The position numbers and the translations under genes are program-made. Below the pieces are notes generated by a model, which saw only the letters and a program-made list of their open reading frames with translations, did not search any database and was not told the origin of the DNA. Positions 39,499 through 48,619 of a DNA stretch of 64,000 nt are shown here, piece by piece. Origin of the DNA: Myxococcales bacterium (GTDB taxonomy: Bacteria > Myxococcota_A > Polyangia > Polyangiales > Houyiibacteriaceae); assembly GCA_012744445.1 (NCBI GenBank), contig JAAYBZ010000200.1:3745-67744 (forward strand), read 5' to 3'. The stretch's first letter is position 1; each line of letters opens with the position of its first letter.

Positions 39499-42400
39499 TC
39501 AGTTGCAGGTCACCGAGGTGCGGGTTCCGGTGAACTGCATGTACGTCCGGCTCGGCGTCCTGTTCGGAACGTTGGTCTTGGGGAGGCTCACCGTCGTCCC
39601 GTCCGCCGAAAGCGAAAGGGCATTGAGCGGCTGGTTGTAGACCTCGTTCTGCTGGTTGTTGCCGTCCGTGAGGCCACCGCTGCTGCAGTTGGCGAGGATC
39701 GAGTTGTCCGTGCAGATGACGTTGCCACGCGAGTGGTAGTTGTTCAGGCAGCCCGGGCCCGTGCTCACGTCGTCGGGGGTGTACGCGTTGACGTTGCTCG
39801 AGTTCCAGTCCGGGTGCGCGTTGCACTGCGCCCACGTCACCGTTCCGGCGTTCCAGGTACCCGTCGCCATCGGCGTGGTGTTCCCGTCGTTCTCGCACGT
39901 CGCGGGCGGCGGGTTCCAGGCGGCCGTCACCTCCTCGCCGTTACAGCGCGGGGTGTACGCGTTCACCTTGGTGTCCGTCTTGATGCCGGCCGCGTCCACG
40001 ATGAACTCGTTGCGGATCCACCAGTAGAGCACGTCGACCGTGCCGCCCGCCTTCGGTCCGTCGCCGTTCGGGTTCGCCTCGTACCGGAGCTCGAGGCGGC
40101 TGGGCTTGAGGGCGAACGTGCCCGCGCCGATGTTGAGGGGGGTGCCCTCGATGATCATCTGCGGGCTGATGTTGTAGACCGCGGTGCAGAAGCGCTGCGA
40201 CGAAACGCAGCTCCCCGCCTCACAGACCATGCCGGTGCCGCACGACGTTCCGTCCGCGGGAGGCGTGCCGGCTTCGCAGACGAAGTAGTCGGGATCGCAG
40301 GTCTCGGTCCCGTTGCACACGTTGCCGTCGCTGCAGTTCGCATCGGTCGTGCACTCGGGAGTGACGCATTGCTGGTCGGCGTTGCAGCGGTTGCTCCCGC
40401 CGCACGACGCGCCCGTGCCCAGCGGAGTGCCGGGCTGGCACGCGAAGTTGCTGCAGGTCTCGGTGCCGTTGCACGCGTTGCCGTCGTTGCAGTGGCCGGC
40501 GTTGGTGCACTGCACCGGCGTGCATGCCAGGTCTACGCAGACGTCGAGCGCCGTCGCGCCGCATTGCGTGCCGTTCGCGAGCGGCGTGCCCGCCTGGCAC
40601 TGGTAGTTGGCGCCGCAGGTCTCCGTCCCCGTGCAGACGTTGCCGTCGTCGCAATCGGCGTGGTCGAGACACTCGACGCCGAAGGTGCACGCGCCGGCGA
40701 TGCAGACGTCGTAGACGCTCGGGCCGCATTGCGTCCCGTTCGCCACCGGGGTGCCCGCCTGGCATTGGAAGTTGGCGCCGCAGGTCTCGGTGCCGTTGCA
40801 CGCGTTGCCGTCGTCGCAGTGCGCGTCGACGGTGCACTGGACGCTCTGGCAAGCGCCGCCCACGCAGACGTCGCGCTCGTCGGCGCCGCAGGAGGTGCCG
40901 TTGGGCGCCGCGCTGCCGCTCACGCAGGTGAACGTGGAGAGGTTGCACGTCTCGGCGCCGTTGCAGACGAGGCCGTCGTTGCAGTGCGCGTTCGAGGTGC
41001 AGTCGACGTTGACGCACGCGTTGTTCACGCACACGTCGAGCTCCGTCGCGCCGCACTGCGTGCCGTTCGAGAGCGGCGTGCCGGGCTGGCATTGGTTCGT
41101 CGCGAGGTTGCAGACCTCGGCGCCGTTGCAGGCGTTGCCGTCGCTGCAGTCGGCGTCGCTCAGGCAGAAGTCGTTCGAGATGCACGCGCCGTTGAGACAC
41201 GCGAGCGAGTCACCGCACTCGGTGCCATCGGGCAGGTTCGTGCCCGGCTGGCAGGTGAACGACGAGAGGTCGCACGTCTCGGCGCCGTTGCACGCGTTGG
41301 TGTCGGCGCACTGCGCGTTCGACACGCACTGCACACGCTCGCAGGCGCCGGCGATGCAGACGTCGCGGTCGAGGGCGCCGCACTGCGTGCCGTCGGCCAC
41401 GAGCGTGCCCTCGACGCACGTGAAGGTCGAGAGGTCGCAGTGCTCGCCGGTGGTGCAGGCGTTGCCGTCGTCGCAGTCGGCGTCGGTGGTGCAGCCCGCC
41501 ACGACGCAGGCCTCGTCGAGGCAGACACGTCCCGAGCCGCACGTGGCGCCGTTGCCCGGCGGCGTGCCCGGCACACAGGTGAAGGTGCTCGTATCGCACG
41601 TCTCGCTGCCGGTGCAGAACTCGCCGTCGTCACAGTGCACGTTCGAGGTGCAGGCGACGGTGTCGCAGACGCCCTCGATGCAGACGTCGCGATCGGTCGC
41701 GCCGCATTGCGTTCCGTCGGGGCGCGGCGTGGGCGTGTTGCACGTGAAGGTCGAGAGGTTGCAGCTCTCGCCCGTGGTGCAGGGGTTGTCGTCGACGCAG
41801 TCGGCGTCGGACTGACAGTCGGGCGCGATGCACGCGCCGTCGAGGCAGACGCCGCCCTCGCAGGAGGCGCCGTTCGGCTCGCTCACGCCCTGCGTGCAGG
41901 TGAAGGTCGCCTGGTTGCACGACTCGAAGCCGTTGCACGCGTTGCCGTCGTCGCAGTCGTCGTCGGTGCGGCACTCGACCGCCACGCAATCGCCCTCGAG
42001 GCAGACGCGGTCATCGACGTCGTCGCAGGAGGCGCCGTCGGGCTTCACCGCGCCGGCGACGCAGGTGAAGGTGCCGAGGTCGCAGACGCCGTCGTCCACG
42101 CAGACGTCGCCGCTCGCGCAGTGCGCGTCGCTGGTGCAGGCCACGGTGGTGCAGGTGCCGGCGACGCAGACGTCGAGCTCACCGAGGCCGCACGGCGTCC
42201 CGTCGGCAGGTGCGCCCGCGGACTCGCAGGTATAGGTGTCGAGGTCGCAGTAGGTCGCGCCCGCGCAGAAGTCGCCGCCGTCGGCGCACTCCTCGTCCGC
42301 GCGGCACTCACCCACGAAGATGCAGCTCTCGTCGCAGGCGACCGAGCCCGGCGGCTCGCATTCCTCGCCACGCGCGGCGTCGACGAAGCCGTCGCCGCAC

Positions 42401-43035
42401 ACCGAGGGCACGCAGGCGCGATCGAGGCAGATGCCCTCGCCGCCCTCGTCGAGCGCGCACGCCGCCCCATCCTCGGGCACGGCGTCGTAGACGCAGACGC
42501 CGAGCTCGTGGCAGGTCGCGGGGCCGGTGCACTCGCTCGCCGGGCAGTCCTCGGCCTCGAGGCAGGCCGCCGCACAGGCGCCGTCGAAGCACACGCCCTC
42601 GTCGTTCTCGCCGCAGGCCGTCGGCGGCTCGTTCGGCACCGCCGTCACCTCGCCGCAGACGTGCGTAGCGAGATCGCAGCTCGGCGAGACGAGGCAGGGA
42701 TCGTCCACGGCGCAGTCGGCGTCCGAGACGCAGCTGAAGGTGCAATCCGCATCACAGCCGTCGCCGTCGACGTCGTTGCCGTCGTCACACTCCTCACCCT
42801 CCTCGGGGATTCCGTTGCCGCACTCGGCGGGTGACGCGCAGTCCGTGGGGCAGCTCACTGCGTCTTCGCCCGCGCCGCAGACGCCGTCTCCGCAGGCGTT
42901 CGATCCGTCGTCGGATCCGTCGATAGACGCATCATCAGGAGGCGTCTTTTCGCCCGTGTCGCCGCAGCCTTGGAACAACCCGACGACGAACACCAAACAG
43001 ATCCACTTTCGTAACGTCGAACTCGAACAGATCAT
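39499..43035 (-). CDS. Giant cysteine-rich repeat lipoprotein (1178 aa) with a unique C-terminal domain
   Basis: Start at MICSSSTLRKWICLVFVVGLFQGC (lipobox). Myxococcus-type Cys-rich repeat ECGNGIPEEGEECDDGNDVDGDGCDADC. Then about 15 units of C-x-[ST]-D-A-x-C-x-DGN-x-C-NG-x-E-x-C...GTP...GT-x-CG...DVC-x-x-GAC. The last 232 aa are non-repetitive. High GC3 in this frame. Confidence 0.85.
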   Translation of the reverse strand: MICSSSTLRKWICLVFVVGLFQGCGDTGEKTPPDDASIDGSDDGSNACGDGVCGAGEDAVSCPTDCASPAECGNGIPEEGEECDDGNDVDGDGCDADCTFSCVSDADCAVDDPCLVSPSCDLATHVCGEVTAVPNEPPTACGENDEGVCFDGACAAACLEAEDCPASECTGPATCHELGVCVYDAVPEDGAACALDEGGEGICLDRACVPSVCGDGFVDAARGEECEPPGSVACDESCIFVGECRADEECADGGDFCAGATYCDLDTYTCESAGAPADGTPCGLGELDVCVAGTCTTVACTSDAHCASGDVCVDDGVCDLGTFTCVAGAVKPDGASCDDVDDRVCLEGDCVAVECRTDDDCDDGNACNGFESCNQATFTCTQGVSEPNGASCEGGVCLDGACIAPDCQSDADCVDDNPCTTGESCNLSTFTCNTPTPRPDGTQCGATDRDVCIEGVCDTVACTSNVHCDDGEFCTGSETCDTSTFTCVPGTPPGNGATCGSGRVCLDEACVVAGCTTDADCDDGNACTTGEHCDLSTFTCVEGTLVADGTQCGALDRDVCIAGACERVQCVSNAQCADTNACNGAETCDLSSFTCQPGTNLPDGTECGDSLACLNGACISNDFCLSDADCSDGNACNGAEVCNLATNQCQPGTPLSNGTQCGATELDVCVNNACVNVDCTSNAHCNDGLVCNGAETCNLSTFTCVSGSAAPNGTSCGADERDVCVGGACQSVQCTVDAHCDDGNACNGTETCGANFQCQAGTPVANGTQCGPSVYDVCIAGACTFGVECLDHADCDDGNVCTGTETCGANYQCQAGTPLANGTQCGATALDVCVDLACTPVQCTNAGHCNDGNACNGTETCSNFACQPGTPLGTGASCGGSNRCNADQQCVTPECTTDANCSDGNVCNGTETCDPDYFVCEAGTPPADGTSCGTGMVCEAGSCVSSQRFCTAVYNISPQMIIEGTPLNIGAGTFALKPSRLELRYEANPNGDGPKAGGTVDVLYWWIRNEFIVDAAGIKTDTKVNAYTPRCNGEEVTAAWNPPPATCENDGNTTPMATGTWNAGTVTWAQCNAHPDWNSSNVNAYTPDDVSTGPGCLNNYHSRGNVICTDNSILANCSSGGLTDGNNQQNEVYNQPLNALSLSADGTTVSLPKTNVPNRTPSRTYMQFTGTRTSVTCN
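40198..42732 (-). repeat. Coding tandem array of about 15 Cys-rich units (13 regular units of 52-56 aa, i.e. about 156-168 bp period, at 40198..42306)
   Basis: Unit boundaries fall at protein Cys residues 244, 300, 355, 407, 462, 515, 570, 624, 679, 734, 789, 843 and 895, ending at 950. Neighbouring units are near-identical at the DNA level in places, e.g. ggtgcccgcctggca(c/t)tgg(t/a)agttggcgccgcaggtctc at about 40577 and about 40743. Confidence 0.8.
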
Positions 43036-43287
43036 CGGTCCATGCCTTTCCCCACCCGCGTGGTGGGCCCCTTGAGGCGGGCTGTAATCCAGCCCCGGTA
43101 TCGGGACCGATGATATGGATATCGTTAACAATATGTAAATGGGGTCTGGACCAGAGTCTACAGGGCCCCGGTCCGATCACCCCGCGCGCCGAGTTCCGGC
43201 TCGATTCCGTACAAGGTGTTCGGTTTCGAGTGGTAGAGTCGCGGCCGCGGGCCCCCACCGAGGGCCCGGGACCTGGAGGAGCCCCGG

Positions 43288-44511
43288 ATGATCGAGTGGA
43301 GCGAGCAGCACAAGCAGATCCGCGCCATGGTGAGGCGCTTCATCGAGACCGAGATCGTGCCCAAGCGGGAGGCGCTCGAGTTCGGGGACACGCCCCCCTA
43401 CGACGTGCTCCGCAAGATGCTCGCCACGTTCGGGATCGGCGAGATGAACAAGGCGATGTTCCTCAAGGCGCTCGAGAAGGAGAAGCGCGGGGAGGGCACG
43501 GCCTCGCTCGAGAGCAGCGGCAAGGGTGGCCCCGCGGCGGCCGACGCGCGCGCGATGCAGATGATCCCCATCATCGAGCTCTGCCGGCACAGCCCCGGCA
43601 TGGTCACCGCGCTCGGCGTGAGCATCGGCCTGACGGCCGGCGCCATCATGAAGCGCGGGACCACGGCGCAGAAGGAGCGCTGGGTGCCGCCGCTCCTCAC
43701 GCTCGAGAAGGTGGGCGCGTGGGCGATCACCGAGCCCGGCAGCGGCTCCGACGCCTTTGGCTCGATGAAGTCGACGGCCCGCCGCGACGGCGACGGCTAC
43801 GTGTTGAACGGCTCCAAGACCTTCATCACGAACGGCCCCTACGCCGACACCATCGTCTTCATCTGCAAGCTCGACGAGGGGAACCCGGAGCACGAGCGGA
43901 AGATCCTCTCCTTCGTGCTCGACAAGGGCATGCCCGGCCTCGTGCAGAGCCCGCCGCTCCGCAAGATGGGCCTCCACGCCTCGCCCACCGGCGAGCTCTT
44001 CCTCGAGGACGTGCGCGTGGGCAAGGATCGCCTCCTCGGCGAGACCGAGGACCAGCCCGCGCGCTCGAGCGCCAAGGAGACCTTCACCGCCGAGCGCACG
44101 GGCGTCGCGGCGATGGCGCTCGGCATCGTGGAGCGCTGCCTCGAGCTCTCGGTGGACTACGCGAAGAACCGCGTGCAGTTCGGGCGTCCCATCGGCGAGT
44201 TCCAGCTCATCCAGCTCAAGCTCGCCAAGATGGAGATCGCGCGGATGAACCTGCAGAACCTGGTCTTCCGGCAGATCGAGCTCGCGGGCGCGGGGCGCGA
44301 GCTCAGCCTCGCCGAGGCCTCGGCCGGAAAGCTCTACGCCGCGCAGGCCGCGATGGAGGTCGCGCTCGAGGCGGTGCAGCTCTTCGGCGGCAACGGCTAC
44401 ATGGCCGAGTACCAGGTCGAGCAGCTCTGCCGCGACGCCAAGGTCCTCCAGATCTACGGCGGCACCGACGAGATCCAGGTCTCGCAGATCGCCCGCTCCT
44501 TGCTCGCCTGA
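43288..44511 (+). CDS. Acyl-CoA dehydrogenase (isovaleryl-CoA dehydrogenase-like)
   Basis: ACAD signature 1 in [13 protein letters not shown]. Signature 2 in [32 protein letters not shown] near the C-terminus. Confidence 0.9.
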   Translation: MIEWSEQHKQIRAMVRRFIETEIVPKREALEFGDTPPYDVLRKMLATFGIGEMNKAMFLKALEKEKRGEGTASLESSGKGGPAAADARAMQMIPIIELCRHSPGMVTALGVSIGLTAGAIMKRGTTAQKERWVPPLLTLEKVGAWAITEPGSGSDAFGSMKSTARRDGDGYVLNGSKTFITNGPYADTIVFICKLDEGNPEHERKILSFVLDKGMPGLVQSPPLRKMGLHASPTGELFLEDVRVGKDRLLGETEDQPARSSAKETFTAERTGVAAMALGIVERCLELSVDYAKNRVQFGRPIGEFQLIQLKLAKMEIARMNLQNLVFRQIELAGAGRELSLAEASAGKLYAAQAAMEVALEAVQLFGGNGYMAEYQVEQLCRDAKVLQIYGGTDEIQVSQIARSLLA

Positions 44512-44955
44512 GCGCCCCTCGGGCGCCCGCGAGCGTGGCGATTCCCGTGTCACGGCGAGGGGTTACGCGCTGAACGTGACCCCCGTTGTGATATTTCACC
44601 GATTTTGCCATCATTCGACTTGGGGGGATCCGTCGCATGTCCTCGGGGTCCTTCACCGAGTCACGTCCATCTCCCACTCCGCATGACCACCCAGCACACC
44701 TTCCCTCCCGTCGTCGTGGCCCTCCCCCAGGTCGGGATGACGGGGTGCACGGGGTCGGTCATGTGCCGAGGCCCCCTCCGCCTCGAGGAAGCGCGCGCTC
44801 CCTTCCCCTCGGATCGCGCCTCCGTGTGAGCGAGAGATCGTCGGCGGATCCCCCCGTTCTTTTCGGCCCCCTCCAGAGGTGACGAAGGGACGCGCGCGTC
44901 CTGCCTCGCGGAGAATCCCGAGCGGCGCGCGTACACGTACGAGGGGCCTGAGATC

Positions 44956-45606
44956 GTGGATCCTCGGAGGGAGAACGCGCCGCGACGTCGATCCGCGGGT
45001 GCGGCGTGGATCGTCGCGCTCTTGACGCTCGCGTGTGCCCGCGAGGTGCGCGCCGACGACGTATCCCCTCCGGATGCCGTGCCGCCTCCGCCCCCGAGGA
45101 GCGTCGCCGGGATCGACGTCCTGCGCCTCGGCTTCCCCTCCGGAATCGGGCTCGGCTTTCGGGGGTTTCCCATCCCCGAGCTCGCGCTCGAAGCCGGCGC
45201 CGAGACCTTCGGCCTCTTCACGTCGCTCGAGCTCGCCGTCGCCGCGCTGCCGATCCCGGGCGGGCCGGATCGAAAGGTCCAGCCGGTCGTCCGCGTAGGT
45301 TATCGGAAGATGTTCGTCCACGAGACCTCGGATCGAGTGGTGCGCGGCGCGCTCCCGCGCAGCGCCCACGAGCTCGCCGACGAGCTCGCGCTCCACGGCG
45401 CGCGCCTCGACATGCTCTCGATCTCGAGCGGCCTCTGCGTGCGCTTCCGTCGCCCCGTCGCCCTCGAGCTCTCCGTCGGTTACCTCGCCCAGGTCGGCTC
45501 GACGCGCGCGAACGGCGGCCGCGAGGCGATCGAGATGCGCTCGGCGCGCTTCTTCCTCGGCGACATCCGCCTCACCTGGCTCCTCCACCGGAGGCGGGCG
45601 CGATGA
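44956..45606 (+). CDS. Hypothetical secreted protein
   Basis: GTG start. Signal-like AAWIVALLTLACAREVRA. High GC3. The stop overlaps the start of the next gene (ATGA). No family recognised. Confidence 0.55.
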   Translation: MDPRRENAPRRRSAGAAWIVALLTLACAREVRADDVSPPDAVPPPPPRSVAGIDVLRLGFPSGIGLGFRGFPIPELALEAGAETFGLFTSLELAVAALPIPGGPDRKVQPVVRVGYRKMFVHETSDRVVRGALPRSAHELADELALHGARLDMLSISSGLCVRFRRPVALELSVGYLAQVGSTRANGGREAIEMRSARFFLGDIRLTWLLHRRRAR

Positions 45607-46577
45607 GGCGGCTCGTCCTCGCCCTCGCCCTCGCCGCGCTCCTCGCGTGCGACTCGATCGGCTCGAACCTCTTCTCGCTCGGGACCTTCGAGCGCTCGTT
45701 CTCGGCCGCGATCGACGTCGTCGAGATCCCGAGCTTCGACGTCGAGGCGCTGCTCACGCCCGAGAACGTCGAGGCCCTCGTGCACGCGCTCCACTACGAC
45801 CCCGACGAGCTCCGCCGCGCCGGCGCCGACTTCGCCGATCTCCAATCCGTCGTCGACGCCTCCGTCCGGATCGGCGCGCCGCTCGCGGCGCGGGACGCCG
45901 AGCTCCGCGAGATCCTCTCCCTCGTCGCCGAGCACCTCGCGAGCGACGCGCTCTCGAACGAGCCCAAGGGCCTCTTCGTCCGGCTCGAGGTCGGCGCCCT
46001 CTTCGAGGAGCCGCTCGACTATCGGCGCCTCGAAGCCTCGCTCACCGAGCGCGCCCTCCGCACGCCCGTCGATCTCGAGGTGATCTACCGCACCGAATCC
46101 ATCGACACGCTGCTTTCGGGCAAGGCGGAGATCCTCGACCTCGCGCGCTCTGGGTGGCTCGACTCGCTGCGGATCGTGGAGGTCGGCCTCCGCACCCTGG
46201 CCGCCGACGAGCTCGCGCGGCGCGCCGAGGGAGAGGGCATCCGCAAGCTCCTCCAGGATCCGGCGCGCATCCAAGGATGCGTCGACGAGACGCAGCGGCG
46301 GATGGAGGGCGTCGAGCGCCTCTCGATCGCCCTCCGCTCCAACGCCGAGGACGCCGCGTGGATCGAGATCCTCGACGAAGGCCTCGACTCCGAGGACGCG
46401 ATCTGCGCGTGGATGACGACGCTCCGCTCCCCCGAGCTGATCCAGATCATCTCCGACGACCAGGGCCTCGAGCTCCGCGTCCGGGTCCGCACCCGCCTCC
46501 CCGCCGAGCCCTTCCTCCTCGGCGGATATCTCTGGTTCGACGGCGAGAGCGTGACCATCCGCCCCGGAAAATTCTGA
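45603..46577 (+). CDS. Hypothetical acidic lipoprotein
   Basis: MRRLVLALALAALLAC (lipobox LLAC). 324 aa, largely helical and acidic. Translationally coupled to the upstream ORF. No family recognised. Confidence 0.65.
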   Translation: MRRLVLALALAALLACDSIGSNLFSLGTFERSFSAAIDVVEIPSFDVEALLTPENVEALVHALHYDPDELRRAGADFADLQSVVDASVRIGAPLAARDAELREILSLVAEHLASDALSNEPKGLFVRLEVGALFEEPLDYRRLEASLTERALRTPVDLEVIYRTESIDTLLSGKAEILDLARSGWLDSLRIVEVGLRTLAADELARRAEGEGIRKLLQDPARIQGCVDETQRRMEGVERLSIALRSNAEDAAWIEILDEGLDSEDAICAWMTTLRSPELIQIISDDQGLELRVRVRTRLPAEPFLLGGYLWFDGESVTIRPGKF

Positions 46578-46658
46578 TCGTGGATCGCGCCTCGGACACG
46601 GATTGACGGTCGTCCGGGTGGCGGCACCGAAGGGAGTGCTGCTAGCCTCGCCGCCGCG

Positions 46659-47954
46659 GTGACCATGTCCGAAGAGGCGAGCCTCGAAATCGTCCCCCCG
46701 CCGATCGTGCGGGCGTTCAACCGTGCGTTCGGGAAGGCCGCGCAGAAGGGCATCGATCTGCGGCCAGACGCCTTCCGGAGACGCGGGGAGCTCACGACGG
46801 GCCTCCACGACTACGGGCATCCGAGCTTCCACGAGCACCTCGACAGCGCGTGCCGCGCGCTGCACCCCAACGCGAACCTCAGCCCCTTCGGGCGCTTCGC
46901 GGCGGCGACCTTCTATCACTTCCACGTCGAGAACCGGCTCCGCATCGTCGACCTGCTCAACCAGCGGCCCTGGCTCCGCGACAAGGAGATCGTCGAGCCG
47001 ATCTTCATCGTGGGCTTCTACCGGACGGGCACCACACAGATGCACAACCTCCTCGGCGCCGACCCCCGCCATCGGGTGGCCGCCGCCTGGGAGCTGATGA
47101 GCCCGGTGAAGCTCTCCCGTGATCCCAAGCGGGACGGCTTCCTCCGCCGCCTCCGCTCACGGATGATCTACGACCTCTCCAAGATCGTCGTGCCCGAGGC
47201 GCGCGTCGCGCATCACGTCGAGCTCGAGGGCCCCGAGGAAGAGTTCTTCCTCATGGAGAACGACTTCCTCAGCACCACCCTGATGAACACCTACCAGGGC
47301 TGGGACTACGCCTGGGAGACGCTCGACTGGGACATGGCGCCCATCTACGAGAGTCTGCGCCAACAGCTCTGCATCCTGGCCGAGGACGAGCCCGAGCGCC
47401 GCTGGGTGCTCAAGACGCCCTACCACCTCTGGCATCTCCCCGCGCTCTACGCCGCCTTCCCCGACGCGCGCTTCGTCTTCACCCACCGGAGCGTCCCGGA
47501 AGCGCTCGCCAGCTATTGCAGCCTCTCGGCGATGACGACGAGCAAGTTCGCCGTCCACACCGACCTCGAGCGCATCGGCCGCTTCTGGTTCGACTTCTAC
47601 CAAGAGGGCATGAAGCGCGCGTTCGCGGCGCGCCCCTTGATCCCCGAGTCGCAGCGGATCGACGTGCCGCTCACCGCCCTCTCCAAGAACCCGATTGGCA
47701 CGCTGCGGGCCATCTACGATTATTTCGGGATCCCCTTCGCGGAGGCCGAGCAGCCCATCCGCGAGAAGCTCGAGGGCCTCACGCAGGAGGCCAAGGCCAA
47801 GGGCAAGCACCGCTACCGCCCCTCGCAGTTCGGGCTCTCCGAGACGAAGGTCGTCAAGGCTTTCAGCCACTACGAGGCCTTCTATCGCGAGCTCGTCGAG
47901 CGCTTCCCGCGCACCCACGAGGTCGCGATGGGCGCCTACGAAGTCGCTCGCTGA
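46659..47954 (+). CDS. Sulfotransferase-family protein
   Basis: GTG start (alternative ATG at 46665). 5'-PSB loop-like motif FIVGFYRTGTTQMHNLL. Later RWVLKTPYHLWHL and FVFTHRSVPEALAS resemble Sulfotransfer_3-type proteins. Confidence 0.75.
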   Translation: MTMSEEASLEIVPPPIVRAFNRAFGKAAQKGIDLRPDAFRRRGELTTGLHDYGHPSFHEHLDSACRALHPNANLSPFGRFAAATFYHFHVENRLRIVDLLNQRPWLRDKEIVEPIFIVGFYRTGTTQMHNLLGADPRHRVAAAWELMSPVKLSRDPKRDGFLRRLRSRMIYDLSKIVVPEARVAHHVELEGPEEEFFLMENDFLSTTLMNTYQGWDYAWETLDWDMAPIYESLRQQLCILAEDEPERRWVLKTPYHLWHLPALYAAFPDARFVFTHRSVPEALASYCSLSAMTTSKFAVHTDLERIGRFWFDFYQEGMKRAFAARPLIPESQRIDVPLTALSKNPIGTLRAIYDYFGIPFAEAEQPIREKLEGLTQEAKAKGKHRYRPSQFGLSETKVVKAFSHYEAFYRELVERFPRTHEVAMGAYEVAR

Positions 47955-48080
47955 GCCACGATCCGCCCCGCGGTTTCGCCCGACGCGGCTTCCTGCTATG
48001 GAGCCCGGGCCCCGGCGATCGGGGCTCCGTGGATTTCGCCCCTCAGGGGGACGAGACGTCGTTTTCATAGGAGATACGAG

Positions 48081-48605
48081 ATGACCCTTGTCGGACAGAA
48101 GAGCCCCGAGTGGAAGGCCAACGCCTACGTGAAGGGCGAGCAGAAAGAGATCAGCAGCAAGGACTACGAGGGCAAGTGGCACGTCATCTACTGGTACCCC
48201 CTCGACTTCACCTTCGTCTGCCCGACGGAGATCCGCGGCTTCGAGGAGGAACTCGCGAACTTCAAGGATGACGGCGTCGAGGTCATCGGCGCGTCGACCG
48301 ACAGCTTCTTCAGCCACAAGGCTTGGTTCGCCGACCGCGCGACCTTCCCGAAGGAGATCACGCACCCCGTCGTGGCCGACACGAGCCACGCGATGACCAA
48401 GGCCTTCGGCGTGCTCAAGCCCGAGGCCGGCGTGGCCTTCCGCGCGACCGTCATCGTCGACGACAAGGGCATCGTCCGCTCCATCAGCGTCAACGACCTG
48501 AGCGCCGGCCGCAGCCCCAAGGAGACGCTCCGCACGGTGCAGGCGCTCATGAGCGGCGGCCTCTGCGGCGCCGACTGGAAGAAGGGCGACGCGTTCGTCG
48601 CCTGA
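48081..48605 (+). CDS. 2-Cys peroxiredoxin (AhpC/TSA family), second paralog in the window
   Basis: RBS-like AGGAGA upstream. Peroxidatic Cys in [10 protein letters not shown]. Candidate resolving Cys in GGLCGADWKKG. 174 aa. Confidence 0.95.
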   Translation: MTLVGQKSPEWKANAYVKGEQKEISSKDYEGKWHVIYWYPLDFTFVCPTEIRGFEEELANFKDDGVEVIGASTDSFFSHKAWFADRATFPKEITHPVVADTSHAMTKAFGVLKPEAGVAFRATVIVDDKGIVRSISVNDLSAGRSPKETLRTVQALMSGGLCGADWKKGDAFVA

Positions 48606-48619
48606 GCCGGCTCGCCGTG

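Noticed and set aside
39490-42834. 1114-aa plus-strand ORF covering almost the whole Cys-rich protein gene
   Set aside because: It is the antisense shadow of the minus-strand gene. Its translation is Arg/Ala/Val/Gly low complexity with no motifs, whereas the minus-strand frame gives a regular Cys repeat, a lipoprotein signal and high GC3.
39499-43035. Polymorphic-toxin interpretation (repeat scaffold plus variable C-terminal toxin plus immunity gene)
   Set aside because: Immediately downstream of the gene (below 39499) there is only a terminator hairpin and the convergent nhaC-like gene. No small immunity-type ORF is present, and no known toxin motif is recognised in the C-terminal domain.
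44605-44882. Full-length track ORFs 44605..44829 (74 aa) and 44637..44882 (81 aa), and the minus-strand ORFs 44653..45588 and 44661..45221
   Set aside because: None has motifs, a signal or a convincing start context. The minus-strand ORFs overlap the better-supported secreted-protein gene. Only the shorter ATG-44683 frame is kept, as a low-confidence observation.
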